A stretch of 64,000 nucleotides of DNA from Candidatus Bathyarchaeota archaeon (GCA_026014705.1 JAOZHU010000008.1:17833-81832), one strand, 5' to 3'. Counted from the stretch's first letter, positions 47,812-55,564 are shown. Made by a program: numbers and translations. The notes: generated by a model from the letters alone, not told the origin.

Positions 47812-48324
47812 TCAGCTTGGCGGTGGCGGCGGAGGCGGCGAAGCAGAAGCGAACGCTTGCTTCACTTGGACAACCGTGGTTCCAGCCATTCGATCAGTAT
47901 ATTTCTGTCGTCTGTCAGGTCCTGGCGTTGCAATTCCGATTATCCAGTCTAACAGCAGGAAAAAGCCATATATTTTGCTTATGTTGCGGATAAATGCTGC
48001 GTTGAACATTAGTTTGCTGCCGTTTACCATCTGCACTTTGAACCCTAGGACTTTTTTGCCTATTGTAGCGCCAGAGTTAACTTCCATGAACGCGAAATAG
48101 AGCACTTGGAGTAGACCTAAGATAAAGAGCATCAGGAACCAGCTCCACCACGGCGCATAGGAAACTGTGACACCCCAAACCGTGTAAGAAGGCCAGAGTA
48201 TCCCTGAAAGTAGCCAGAATATGATGTACGCCGGAATGCCGATTATTATGCTGTCAATGACGAGTGCGAGAAATCGAAAGAGCCAATGATTCAAGTCAAG
48301 TTCTGAACTGCTCCCTGTTGTCAT
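47812..48324 (-). CDS. RDD-family membrane protein with C-terminal poly-proline tail
   Basis: 170 aa. WLFRFLALVIDSIIIGIP is an RDD-like N-terminus. PDRRQKYTDRMAGTTVV, then ends SASPPPPPPPS. Confidence 0.55.
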   Translation of the reverse strand: MTTGSSSELDLNHWLFRFLALVIDSIIIGIPAYIIFWLLSGILWPSYTVWGVTVSYAPWWSWFLMLFILGLLQVLYFAFMEVNSGATIGKKVLGFKVQMVNGSKLMFNAAFIRNISKIYGFFLLLDWIIGIATPGPDRRQKYTDRMAGTTVVQVKQAFASASPPPPPPPS

Positions 48325-48508
48325 GTTTTATCAACTCCCATGCTATTTCGTAACAAGGTGTTATTATCATTTTCTATCACGGAAACAAACGCGCCACAGA
48401 CCGTGTTGCCCCTGTTTTTCGGGCGGTTTCACTGTTCAATCGCCCCGCGCGAAGTGGGTTAAGCTTATAAAACCCAGCGATGCTAAATAGTATCTCTGAG
48501 GTGTCACA

Positions 48509-48889
48509 TTGGCCAAACTGCAAAAAGAGAAAAGCGTAACCAAAGACAGACTCATCGGCATGACAGTTATCGACTCAGAAGGAAACATCGTAGGAACAGT
48601 TAAAGATGTAGGCTTCACTATTGGGAAAGCTGGAATTTCCCTAAGCGTCGAAGACAAAGACGGCGAAATCCGAAGCGTTTCATGGGACAACATCCAAGGA
48701 GCAGGAGACTTCGTCATCCTGAAGCCCGCCGCGGCAGAACCAGCAGCCGTCGCGCAACCAGTACAAGCGGCACAGGCGGCTCAACCAGCCCAGGCAGCAC
48801 AGCCGACATGCCCAACATGCCGTGGTCCGCTGAGCTATATTCAGCAGTACCAGAGATGGTATTGCTATAAATGCCAAAAATACGTGTAG
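48509..48889 (+). CDS. PRC-barrel domain protein with Q/A-rich linker and C-terminal zinc ribbon
   Basis: LIGMTVIDSEGNIVGTVKDVGF...GDFVILK is a PRC-barrel pattern. The linker AQPVQAAQAAQPAQAAQP is followed by CPTCRG...WYCYKCQKY. Confidence 0.6.
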   Translation: MAKLQKEKSVTKDRLIGMTVIDSEGNIVGTVKDVGFTIGKAGISLSVEDKDGEIRSVSWDNIQGAGDFVILKPAAAEPAAVAQPVQAAQAAQPAQAAQPTCPTCRGPLSYIQQYQRWYCYKCQKYV

Positions 48890-49048
48890 CCTCGTTTTGG
48901 GCATCACTCTCCGCCATTTTTCTTTATTTCCTTCAAATTGAACGGTGCGGTAATGGCTTTTTGTGATTATGTTCATTGTGCTATTGCAGGAAGGCGCCGA
49001 AAACGCTAAATTCTCATGTTGCATGCTCTCTGTAGAATGGCAAGCGTT

Positions 49049-49123
49049 GGGCCGGTAGTTCAGTCTGGTATGAACGCTTGATTCGCAATCAAGAAGCCGC
49101 GGGTTCAAATCCCGCCCGGTCCA
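49049..49123 (+). tRNA. tRNA-Ala (anticodon CGC), integration target
   Basis: Acceptor GGGCCGG/CCGGUCC with the G3:U70 Ala identity pair. Anticodon stem CUUGA/UCAAG with loop UUCGCAA. T arm GCGGG-UUCAAAU-CCCGC. Confidence 0.9.
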
Positions 49124-49125
49124 CT
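49082..49125 (+). repeat. attL (44-bp core, part of intact tRNA-Ala)
   Basis: ttcgcaatcaagaagccgcgggttcaaatcccgcccggtccact is identical to 62236-62279. Confidence 0.9.
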
Positions 49126-49303
49126 CCACCCTTTCCTGCGGGAAAGCGTGGACGGAAATGGGTTGTTTTGGTTGATTGATGGATTCTATGGCTTCTATGC
49201 AGGCTTTTATGGCGTTTTCGCTGATTTTAGAGATGTTTAATCCTAATTCTTTGCCCTTTTCGTAGATTTTTTGGTCTATTGTTACGCTCACTTTTTTTCG
49301 CAT
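49082..49303 (-). CDS. integrase N-terminal fragment int(N) (RHH-like N-terminus)
   Basis: MRKKVSVTIDQKIYEKGKELGLNISKISENAIKACIE...ERVEWTGRDLNPRLLDCE ends at a codon boundary at the att edge. An alternative start is 49339. The 219-aa track ORF is read-through into host DNA. Confidence 0.7.
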
Positions 49304-49423
49304 CCTACTTTCGCTCTCCCCATCCGTACCTATACGCATACATGCGTATATATGCCGTTGGGAGTTGAACTTTATTGTGATTTGAAAGAAAAGAGGGAAA
49401 TATTGTTGTGCACTTTTGATTCC

Positions 49424-51142
49424 TTAAGATTTTATTTGATCAAGTATCCAATGAGGACCGTTTTCGTATCTCAAGTAGTTATCCACGTGAACGTAGGATG
49501 GTTCAGTGTAGGTGTTGGACCAACCAGACATTGATCCGCTTTCCCATGTTTCGCTAAAGAGTGCTACGCCATCATCGGTAAAGCTCCAATTGCCGTTATA
49601 ATATTTGACTAATTGTCCTCCGTCTGCTCCAGTGAATACGTTGTTTATGCTCCTATCTGAATTGTAAGCTGAACCGTCGTAGTATATGCAAGTTCCACCA
49701 GATTGGCCGGATGGCAAATAGTAGTAGACATTGAACCAGAGGTTGTCGTAGTAGCGCCGCATTTCAGCGTAGTACCAAATATTTTCATAGATTGGTGTTG
49801 CACATATCCACGTGGTCATGGCATTGTTTTTGACGTACCGTATGCCCAAATATATTTCGCCATCATCATCGTAGACCGCTACTATGTCGTGCCATTTAGA
49901 CCAGTCATTTGTGTTTCTCGCACAGGCCAGAACCGCGTAATTACCTCCTCCCGCGTCTCCATTTGTGAACATGTCGATGTTGAAGAGTGTTCCGAGTTTG
50001 CAGTCACTTTCTCTATCCCAAGTGAAACTAACGGTCTTTTGTGTGTATGCTTTATCGCTTGTGCTTTCTGAGTAGGTGCAGAATGATCCAAGATAGGAAC
50101 CCCACATGTTGCCCCAAATTTTCTTTTGTAGCATAGCCCATGAATGGCCTTCCCATCCGCCTTCAAAGTAGAAGTAATCTGATACTTCGTCGCATTGGCT
50201 ATAAATGGGTTCTACTGCAAGTGTTTGCCACCAGAAGAAATAACTTAAGTCAGAATAGAACGATTCCATTTCATCAATCAAATACTCAGTTTCAGTGTAA
50301 TCCAAGTTGAATGTTTCGCCAATGAATATTTGCTTATCTGGTTCATTCAAGTAGTTATAGGAATGACAATGACTGGCCCATTGGGTAGTACCGTAATGAT
50401 GTCGCCATTCATTGATCGCGAAAACTTCTTGATGTGTGTCTATGAAATCCCAATAGTCAGAGTATTTAACGCTGTCAAAGAACCAACAGTCACGATTAAT
50501 ATAGAAAGTTCCTGAAGCATTGTTAATTACATTTCCCATTGGAATGCTCTCAAAGGTAAACGGAATAGTGCTATAACTGTTCCACAAATCGTATAACATG
50601 TCTATGTAATCTGCCATATCCTCAAAGCTGTCGTAAGCCAAGTTATTGCCTGTTGGGTCACCGCAGTGAGGGCATGTTTGGTTAGCTTCGACCTCCTCCT
50701 CACCTATGAAAACTTTGACATCACTGTGATCCGCAAGATAATTCGCCAAATAGTAATAGAAATTACTTGCTTCACTATACGTCAATTTTTCTCCTGTGTG
50801 AAAGGTCGTTCTTGTCGCTACATAGATAACGTCATAGTAGTCATCAAAGTAATCTACCCACGTATGAATTCTGCCCGCAACGTAAGAGCCACTGTATAAA
50901 TCAGGGTCATAACCATAAGTAATCTTCACCGCTTGAAAGACTATTCCTTTACGAGTGTATGCTTCGTCAAGCATAGCTTTGACTGTAGCTGGAGTGATAT
51001 TGTTTTCGTCGCATGTCCAAGCTGAAATGAGTATGCCGAAATTACTTGTCCTATCTGTTGCGAAGGCAACATTTTGTGGGCCAAGTGTCACCAGTAGTAG
51101 CAAAGACAACGATACAACGATCCATAGCGATTTTTTGTTCAT
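49424..51142 (-). CDS. secreted aromatic-rich 572-aa protein (possible carbohydrate-active/lectin-like)
   Basis: Signal peptide MNKKSLWIVVSLSLLLLVTLG. Very Y/W/D/N-rich and AT-rich coding. ATGA overlap with the upstream gene. Confidence 0.6.
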   Translation of the reverse strand: MNKKSLWIVVSLSLLLLVTLGPQNVAFATDRTSNFGILISAWTCDENNITPATVKAMLDEAYTRKGIVFQAVKITYGYDPDLYSGSYVAGRIHTWVDYFDDYYDVIYVATRTTFHTGEKLTYSEASNFYYYLANYLADHSDVKVFIGEEEVEANQTCPHCGDPTGNNLAYDSFEDMADYIDMLYDLWNSYSTIPFTFESIPMGNVINNASGTFYINRDCWFFDSVKYSDYWDFIDTHQEVFAINEWRHHYGTTQWASHCHSYNYLNEPDKQIFIGETFNLDYTETEYLIDEMESFYSDLSYFFWWQTLAVEPIYSQCDEVSDYFYFEGGWEGHSWAMLQKKIWGNMWGSYLGSFCTYSESTSDKAYTQKTVSFTWDRESDCKLGTLFNIDMFTNGDAGGGNYAVLACARNTNDWSKWHDIVAVYDDDGEIYLGIRYVKNNAMTTWICATPIYENIWYYAEMRRYYDNLWFNVYYYLPSGQSGGTCIYYDGSAYNSDRSINNVFTGADGGQLVKYYNGNWSFTDDGVALFSETWESGSMSGWSNTYTEPSYVHVDNYLRYENGPHWILDQIKS

Positions 51143-51363
51143 TCATTTTCAGTTTCCTCCATCTTACAACCAGATGGTTGGATACAACCTTCAACTATGA
51201 CAACATGACCGTAAGGTGACTCACACGCCCAGACGACGCGAACATTCTTGTCCGTTTTGAAGAGTTTCTTGCCGAGAGCTCTGGCTACGGCGAGGACATC
51301 GCCCATGTCCCAGTCGGGGCGGTTTTGTGGTTTCACGATTAAGGCTTTCTGAACTTTCGTCAT
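51139..51363 (-). CDS. hypothetical 74-aa protein
   Basis: ATG 51363 overlaps the upstream stop (ATGA) and its own stop overlaps the next ATG (ATGA). Translates to MTKVQKALIVKPQNRPDWDMGDV... Confidence 0.5.
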   Translation of the reverse strand: MTKVQKALIVKPQNRPDWDMGDVLAVARALGKKLFKTDKNVRVVWACESPYGHVVIVEGCIQPSGCKMEETENE

Positions 51364-51695
51364 GGTTTCTTCCTTAATTGATTTTTGTCGCAGCTGTAGC
51401 AGCGTACGCCGGGGATCCACATGCCCGCACGTTTGCAGTGAACTTTGCCGTCGGATACGGCGCCATCCAAGAATAGGCAGAGCACACGCATGGGTTGCGG
51501 TTCTTCAGGCCTCGCGTACACACTAATTTTAAGCTGTGGATTCCCAAGGCTATGCGCTTGATTATGCTGCTGCATGAATGCCTCTATTTTTCTGCTGACT
51601 TTGTCGCCTTCACGTTTACAGATTTCCTGAAATGTTTGCAATGTTGCCTTGTCTATGTAGATGTTGGTGCGGGTTTTCTCGTTTGACTCAGTCAT
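51360..51695 (-). CDS. RHH-domain regulator with C-terminal Cys-rich extension
   Basis: MTESNEKTRTNIYIDKATLQTFQEICKREGDKVSRKIEAFMQ is an RHH pattern. The C-terminus is C..CKRAG...CYSC. Repeat arrays lie immediately upstream. Confidence 0.55.
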   Translation of the reverse strand: MTESNEKTRTNIYIDKATLQTFQEICKREGDKVSRKIEAFMQQHNQAHSLGNPQLKISVYARPEEPQPMRVLCLFLDGAVSDGKVHCKRAGMWIPGVRCYSCDKNQLRKKP

Positions 51696-51715
51696 ACTAT
51701 TCACTTCTTTTATGA

Positions 51716-51741
51716 GTGAATAACACACGTGAATAACACAC
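51716..51741. repeat. perfect 13-bp tandem direct repeat (gtgaataacacac x2)
   Basis: Read directly. The two units span 51716-51728 and 51729-51741. Confidence 0.85.
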
Positions 51742-51812
51742 ACGACACGACTACACGTGATAGTCTCCGCTAACGTAAACGCCATCATTTGATATTCTTT
51801 CAGGCGTTTTTT

Positions 51813-51836
51813 GTGTGTTATTCCTTTGTGTTATTC
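51813..51836. repeat. two inverted-orientation copies of the same motif (gtgttattc), 13-bp spacing
   Basis: gtgttattc at 51815-51823 and 51828-51836 is the reverse complement of the gaataacac core in the 51716-51741 repeats. Confidence 0.8.
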
Positions 51837-52098
51837 AGTCAGTTTGATTCAATTTCTTGGTTAATTCGGCAATCTTTGCCTCGAGTTCTTTGATTCGTTT
51901 GTCTTTGCTGTTCTCGGTCAGTTTTTTGAGGAGTTTGTCGATTTGCGGTTTGAGAGTGTAGCCTAATGCTATGCCGATGGGTAATGCCAACAGAGGCACG
52001 GCGTAGGCTATGATGATGCTGATTAGGATGGCGGCGACTTTGAGAAGTCGTTTGTTGCTCAGGATTTCTTCAAAGAAATCGAGTATGACGTCAAGCAT
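51835..52098 (-). CDS. small membrane protein with C-terminal coiled coil
   Basis: 87 aa. Hydrophobic VAAILISIIIAYAVPLLALPIGIALGY, then KELEAKIAELTKKL. Confidence 0.5.
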   Translation of the reverse strand: MLDVILDFFEEILSNKRLLKVAAILISIIIAYAVPLLALPIGIALGYTLKPQIDKLLKKLTENSKDKRIKELEAKIAELTKKLNQTD

Positions 52099-52264
52099 AC
52101 CCTTTATCCGCTCCCCTGAGTTTTCTTATGCAGGCATCTCCTGTTTCTTGCAAGCGCGGTCGCTGACATTTGTCGCCTACCCAATAGAGCATCCACCCGA
52201 GTAGCCACGTAGCGGTAATCAGCGGCCAGTAGATCAGTAGCAGAAGGCGATTCAACCACTTCAC
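52091..52264 (-). CDS. 57-aa TM mini-protein (below ORF-track cutoff)
   Basis: GTG start overlaps the upstream stop (GTGA), with GAAGGAGGT 6 nt upstream. Translates to (M)KWLNRLLLLIYWPLITATWLLGWMLYWVG... Confidence 0.5.
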   Translation of the reverse strand: MKWLNRLLLLIYWPLITATWLLGWMLYWVGDKCQRPRLQETGDACIRKLRGADKGYA

Positions 52265-52440
52265 GCTTTGACCTCCTTCTCAAAGCATTCACAAACACAA
52301 CAGGGAAAACCTGAAGTAACGCGCTTTCTCCCACAAAGGTTCTCTCGAAGTGCGGGATGTATATCTGGCGCACTACATCGTATGCCTTGTTTACCTTTTC
52401 GACTTACTGCTGATTTGCAGTGTTCAGCGGTCTTGCTCAT
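52261..52440 (-). CDS. 59-aa Cys-rich mini-protein
   Basis: ATGA overlap with the upstream gene. Translates to MSKTAEHCKS...IRCS...LCGRK...FPCCVCECFEKE. Confidence 0.45.
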   Translation of the reverse strand: MSKTAEHCKSAVSRKGKQGIRCSAPDIHPALRENLCGRKRVTSGFPCCVCECFEKEVKA

Positions 52441-52826
52441 GCTTTGATTCCCTCCAGCGCCAACTTTGCCCTAATCAAACCGTCAATGGTGCGGTCTAAG
52501 TAGCGAGCGTCAATGTGCGCTTCGAACCATGTTGTCCAGTCCCAAGCGTTACTACGTGCATACCCCAGCGTCTCCACGTGGTATGCGCCGTTTACGAATA
52601 GGACGATTTGCGGGTGGGGGGCGGTTTTTCCGCCGTCAGGCAGCAGCTTCACCGAAAGTACGTTGCGCTCGTGGTGTGTGTTTTGGTCGGCGTAGGCTAT
52701 GCGTGGCGGGATGCCTGTGCCTGCGAAGATTCGTGTTGGGTATGCTTTGGCGGCTTCCAAGGGGATTTCGCCGTATATTGTGCCGTTGGGTATGCGCTTC
52801 AAACTTTGCACAGCGAAACCTCCCAA
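52437..52826 (-). CDS. hypothetical 129-aa protein
   Basis: The track ORF. The more likely start is GTG at about 52811, 7 nt after GGGAGG. No domain recognised. Confidence 0.5.
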   Translation of the reverse strand: MGGFAVQSLKRIPNGTIYGEIPLEAAKAYPTRIFAGTGIPPRIAYADQNTHHERNVLSVKLLPDGGKTAPHPQIVLFVNGAYHVETLGYARSNAWDWTTWFEAHIDARYLDRTIDGLIRAKLALEGIKA

Positions 52827-53089
52827 TCAAAATGTTTACTGCAATAACGGTAGAAGACGCAGTCTCCGCATCCGAAGTCGCATGGGCATGTTTCTGTGCA
52901 GAATAATGGGCTTTTATGTGTGCATTTTGGGCATTTTGGGTTGGCTTCTTGTTTGGAAGAAGGGAGAGCATGCTCAACGGCGCCGGTCGCTTCCAAGCCC
53001 CTGCTGCTGCCTTCAGGGGACTCTCCGAGATTTGAACTTGGTTTGGGTGATGAATCGGCAAGGTTGCGGTGAGAGAGCGCAGGCGCCAT
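52799..53089 (-). CDS. 96-aa protein with Cys-rich C-terminus
   Basis: Internal ATG of the 154-aa track ORF. C-terminus is CPKCTHKSPLFCTETCPCDFGCGDCVFYRYC. Confidence 0.4.
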   Translation of the reverse strand: MAPALSHRNLADSSPKPSSNLGESPEGSSRGLEATGAVEHALPSSKQEANPKCPKCTHKSPLFCTETCPCDFGCGDCVFYRYCSKHFDWEVSLCKV

Positions 53090-53109
53090 GTTTCTTTTCC
53101 CCAAGAAGC

Positions 53110-53289
53110 CTAACCCCTGCTTGGTAGGGTACGTTGCAGTGTATCGCAGGGTATCGGGTGGTACTCGCGGAGGTTGACGAATTCGCAGTGGAATCTTCCG
53201 CAGGCGCAACTCAGCGTTTTTGTGTCGCTGTCCCAGACCATGTGCTCGTGGCATACGGTGCATTCAAAGCTGCTGCGGTACCGCGTCAT
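53110..53289 (-). CDS. 59-aa zinc-ribbon mini-protein
   Basis: Translated manually as MTRYRSSFECTVCHEHMVWDSDTKTLSCACGRFHCEF... The ATG overlaps the upstream stop (ATGA). Confidence 0.5.
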   Translation of the reverse strand: MTRYRSSFECTVCHEHMVWDSDTKTLSCACGRFHCEFVNLREYHPIPCDTLQRTLPSRG

Positions 53290-53456
53290 TGGAATCCTTC
53301 CTTGATGATTTTCTTCAGCTTCTCAGTACATTCAGGGCATAAATCGCGTTGAAAATCGTCGCCATCATCGTCTACGTTTGAGCCGAAAACTACCCAATTT
53401 AAGTCGTTTTGATTCTCGATTTCTTTGCCACAGTTATCGTAACAATAAAGTTTCAT
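53286..53456 (-). CDS. 56-aa zinc-ribbon mini-protein
   Basis: GGAGG lies 10 nt upstream. Translates to MKLYCYDNCGKEIEN...DLCPECTEKLKKIIKEGFQ. Confidence 0.5.
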   Translation of the reverse strand: MKLYCYDNCGKEIENQNDLNWVVFGSNVDDDGDDFQRDLCPECTEKLKKIIKEGFQ

Positions 53457-53521
53457 TTTGATATCGCCTCCAACTTCGCATACGCAGGTTTCTCAATTTT
53501 GTGAAGTTGCCGCATTCCATT

Positions 53522-54070
53522 TTACTCCTTTTTTTCGGTGAATGTATTTTTAGTGATGACTGCGGCTTTGGTGTTGACACAGATTTTGCCGTTTTTGCGT
53601 ACAATTGACTGCGGCGACTTTATGTTGACTTCTGCAGTGCTGGAACCAAAAGTGATGATTTCTACAGTGCTGGAACCATAAACACAGATTTTCTTAGGAT
53701 TAACTGCAAAACCTACAACATCTTTGAACACTTTTTCTTCGCCTTCAAAAGCAACCTGCACTTTAACATCATTAACCAACTGCATAAAAACAGCTTCTTC
53801 AATCGCACTTTTACGCTGTAAATACCACTCAGGCAAGGTATCCTGTTCATCCTCTGTATACGTCCATTTGGAAATAGGCATCATCTGCCGCGGGTCAGGA
53901 GGGGTAACTTCGACAAAAACTCGATCTCTGACTTTAATAGCGTCACAATCGTCTAAGGGTTTTAGACCAAATTCCTCTTCTATTTTTGCATGGCTATTTG
54001 TTTTAAATGAACCTAAGACTTCGGCTTTGCCATTGCGCCACGCAATAACGTAGCTTTTCATTTTGCACAT
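53522..54070 (-). CDS. hypothetical 182-aa protein
   Basis: Start chosen at ATG 54070, 6 nt after GGAGGC. No domain recognised. Confidence 0.5.
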   Translation of the reverse strand: MCKMKSYVIAWRNGKAEVLGSFKTNSHAKIEEEFGLKPLDDCDAIKVRDRVFVEVTPPDPRQMMPISKWTYTEDEQDTLPEWYLQRKSAIEEAVFMQLVNDVKVQVAFEGEEKVFKDVVGFAVNPKKICVYGSSTVEIITFGSSTAEVNIKSPQSIVRKNGKICVNTKAAVITKNTFTEKKE

Positions 54071-54273
54071 GTTTTTGCCTCCAACTTCGCATACGCCTCC
54101 CGTGCCAATTGCGCGCATGTTTTCGGTTTAACTGAGGGAATGTAAGCGGTGAGGTTAGAGCAAACGTGAGTTTCGCCATCAGCGGTTTCGCTTGTTATGC
54201 AGCGGCGGTCACCATACTCGCAATGAGGTAGGGCACAGTAAAATTCAAGTGTTATTTTTCTCCCTGTTTTCAA
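54058..54273 (-). CDS. 71-aa Cys-rich protein
   Basis: FYCALPHCEYGDRRC...HVCSN...CAQ pattern. Lies in the tightly packed minus-strand chain. Confidence 0.4.
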   Translation of the reverse strand: MKTGRKITLEFYCALPHCEYGDRRCITSETADGETHVCSNLTAYIPSVKPKTCAQLAREAYAKLEAKTCAK

Positions 54274-54281
54274 CGGCGTAA

Positions 54282-54449
54282 CTAAGCCTCCTGCCCAACG
54301 GTAACATTCGTTTCGGGATATCGCATCAGAAAGTTGCGTATGGCCTCTTTGACGATTTCCCCGCGGCTTCTGAATCCATGCTTACCAACGAGTTTATCGA
54401 TTTCATCAACCATTTCGTTGGGGAGTTTTATCGTGGTGTAGTCGTTCAT
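54282..54449 (-). CDS. ribbon-helix-helix (CopG/Arc/MetJ-type) regulator, 55 aa
   Basis: Not in the track. MNDYTTIKLPNEMVDEIDKLVGKHGFRSRGEIVKEAIRNFL. GAGGGG lies 8 nt upstream. Confidence 0.6.
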   Translation of the reverse strand: MNDYTTIKLPNEMVDEIDKLVGKHGFRSRGEIVKEAIRNFLMRYPETNVTVGQEA

Positions 54450-54450
54450 T

Positions 54451-54474
54451 CTATTACCCCTCTATTACTAATAG
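54451..54474. promoter_or_regulatory. candidate RHH operator: palindrome CTATTAcTAATAG plus extra CTATTA half-site
   Basis: The perfect palindrome at 54462-54474 and the half-site at 54451-54456 lie directly upstream of the RHH gene start (54449). Confidence 0.4.
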
Positions 54475-54537
54475 ACTACAACAAATCGTGAAGAAGAAAC
54501 AGAAAGAAGGATGGAAAATCGATCTGCCAGATGAAAC

Positions 54538-55527
54538 CTAACTATGCTTGTATATTTCAATGGCTATGAAAACCGCAAAAACCAAAACACCGATGGTTAC
54601 TGCAAAAACATACGGGTTATTGTACCATAAGTCACTCTGCGAAGACTCTGTCGGCGTTGGATCAGGAGAAATACCCAGTAACTCTAAAAGCGACATATAG
54701 ACTTCTTTTTCCTCATCGTCTATAGTTAGGAGACCGAAATAATTTTCCTTTTCAGGCACTAAACCCGTGTTGTCGTACATTTCGTAAATGAAGATTTTAT
54801 CGACTTCAGGGGTTAATCCAACAATGTTATCGACAAGATACTCTGCTTGACCGGTTTCTGTGTAGCCCTCTGTCGCTGAGGGTCTTCCGATTTCAGTTAC
54901 CCAGACGTTCTTGTTAGTTATTCCTTTTAAAGTGTCTATTGTCGCAACGTTTGCGGATAACTCATCATAAAGGTGCACTCCCAGATAGTCATAGTAGAAT
55001 CTTATTTCTGTGTTGTTGTAGACGGCATTGAAGTAATCCATCCAATTTTCTATTGGAGCTAACGCCCCAGAAATTACCAACGCGCCTGTTTCGTTCTTGA
55101 TTATTTGATAGGCGCTTTTCAGCATCTCAGTGTAGTTTTCAGGTGGAATATAGGCAGCTCCGTTCGGTTCGTTCCAAATCTCCCATGCGTCTATTTCCTG
55201 TGCTATGGGGTTATCGAGAATGTCGTAGAGCGTGTTGTTCCAAAGTTCAGGGGTCAAATCCGCAGCGTTTACGGTTCTGTTGTCGATTATTGCCAAAATT
55301 TTTATGTTGTGAGCTTTCAGGGCAGACATAGCGACGTCGCTTTCGTTGTATTGATAATCCATTCTAACCCACCTAACTTTCAGCTCTGAGAGGCGATCAA
55401 GCGTGGAACTACGATAATCTTCTGGGTGCAAACACACGTTTACTTCATAATTTGGTGAAGCATAAGCTAAAGTAATCAAAACTAAGAATGAAACAATGAT
55501 GATGTTTGTGGCCACTGTTTTTTTCAT
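54538..55527 (-). CDS. secreted clan GH-A (GH5-like TIM-barrel) glycoside hydrolase, C-terminally membrane anchored
   Basis: Signal peptide MKKTVATNIIIVSFLVLITLAYA. WEIWNEPN (acid/base NEP) and NVWVTEIG (nucleophile) motifs. PDPTPTE linker plus a TM helix ending IYKHS. Confidence 0.65.
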   Translation of the reverse strand: MKKTVATNIIIVSFLVLITLAYASPNYEVNVCLHPEDYRSSTLDRLSELKVRWVRMDYQYNESDVAMSALKAHNIKILAIIDNRTVNAADLTPELWNNTLYDILDNPIAQEIDAWEIWNEPNGAAYIPPENYTEMLKSAYQIIKNETGALVISGALAPIENWMDYFNAVYNNTEIRFYYDYLGVHLYDELSANVATIDTLKGITNKNVWVTEIGRPSATEGYTETGQAEYLVDNIVGLTPEVDKIFIYEMYDNTGLVPEKENYFGLLTIDDEEKEVYMSLLELLGISPDPTPTESSQSDLWYNNPYVFAVTIGVLVFAVFIAIEIYKHS

Positions 55528-55564
55528 TTTTTGTGCCTTAAGAATAGAAAAAAAGGTTGTGGGA

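Noticed and set aside
48680-49339. 219-aa minus-strand ORF spanning tRNA-Ala and the PRC-barrel gene
   Set aside because: Only the first ~74-86 codons are real (int(N)). The remainder is read-through antisense to a tRNA and to a plus-strand gene, created by the integration event.
52104-52373. 89-aa track ORF on the minus strand
   Set aside because: It is replaced by two coupled mini-ORFs in other frames (52261-52440 and 52091-52264). These have ATGA/GTGA overlaps and a strong SD.
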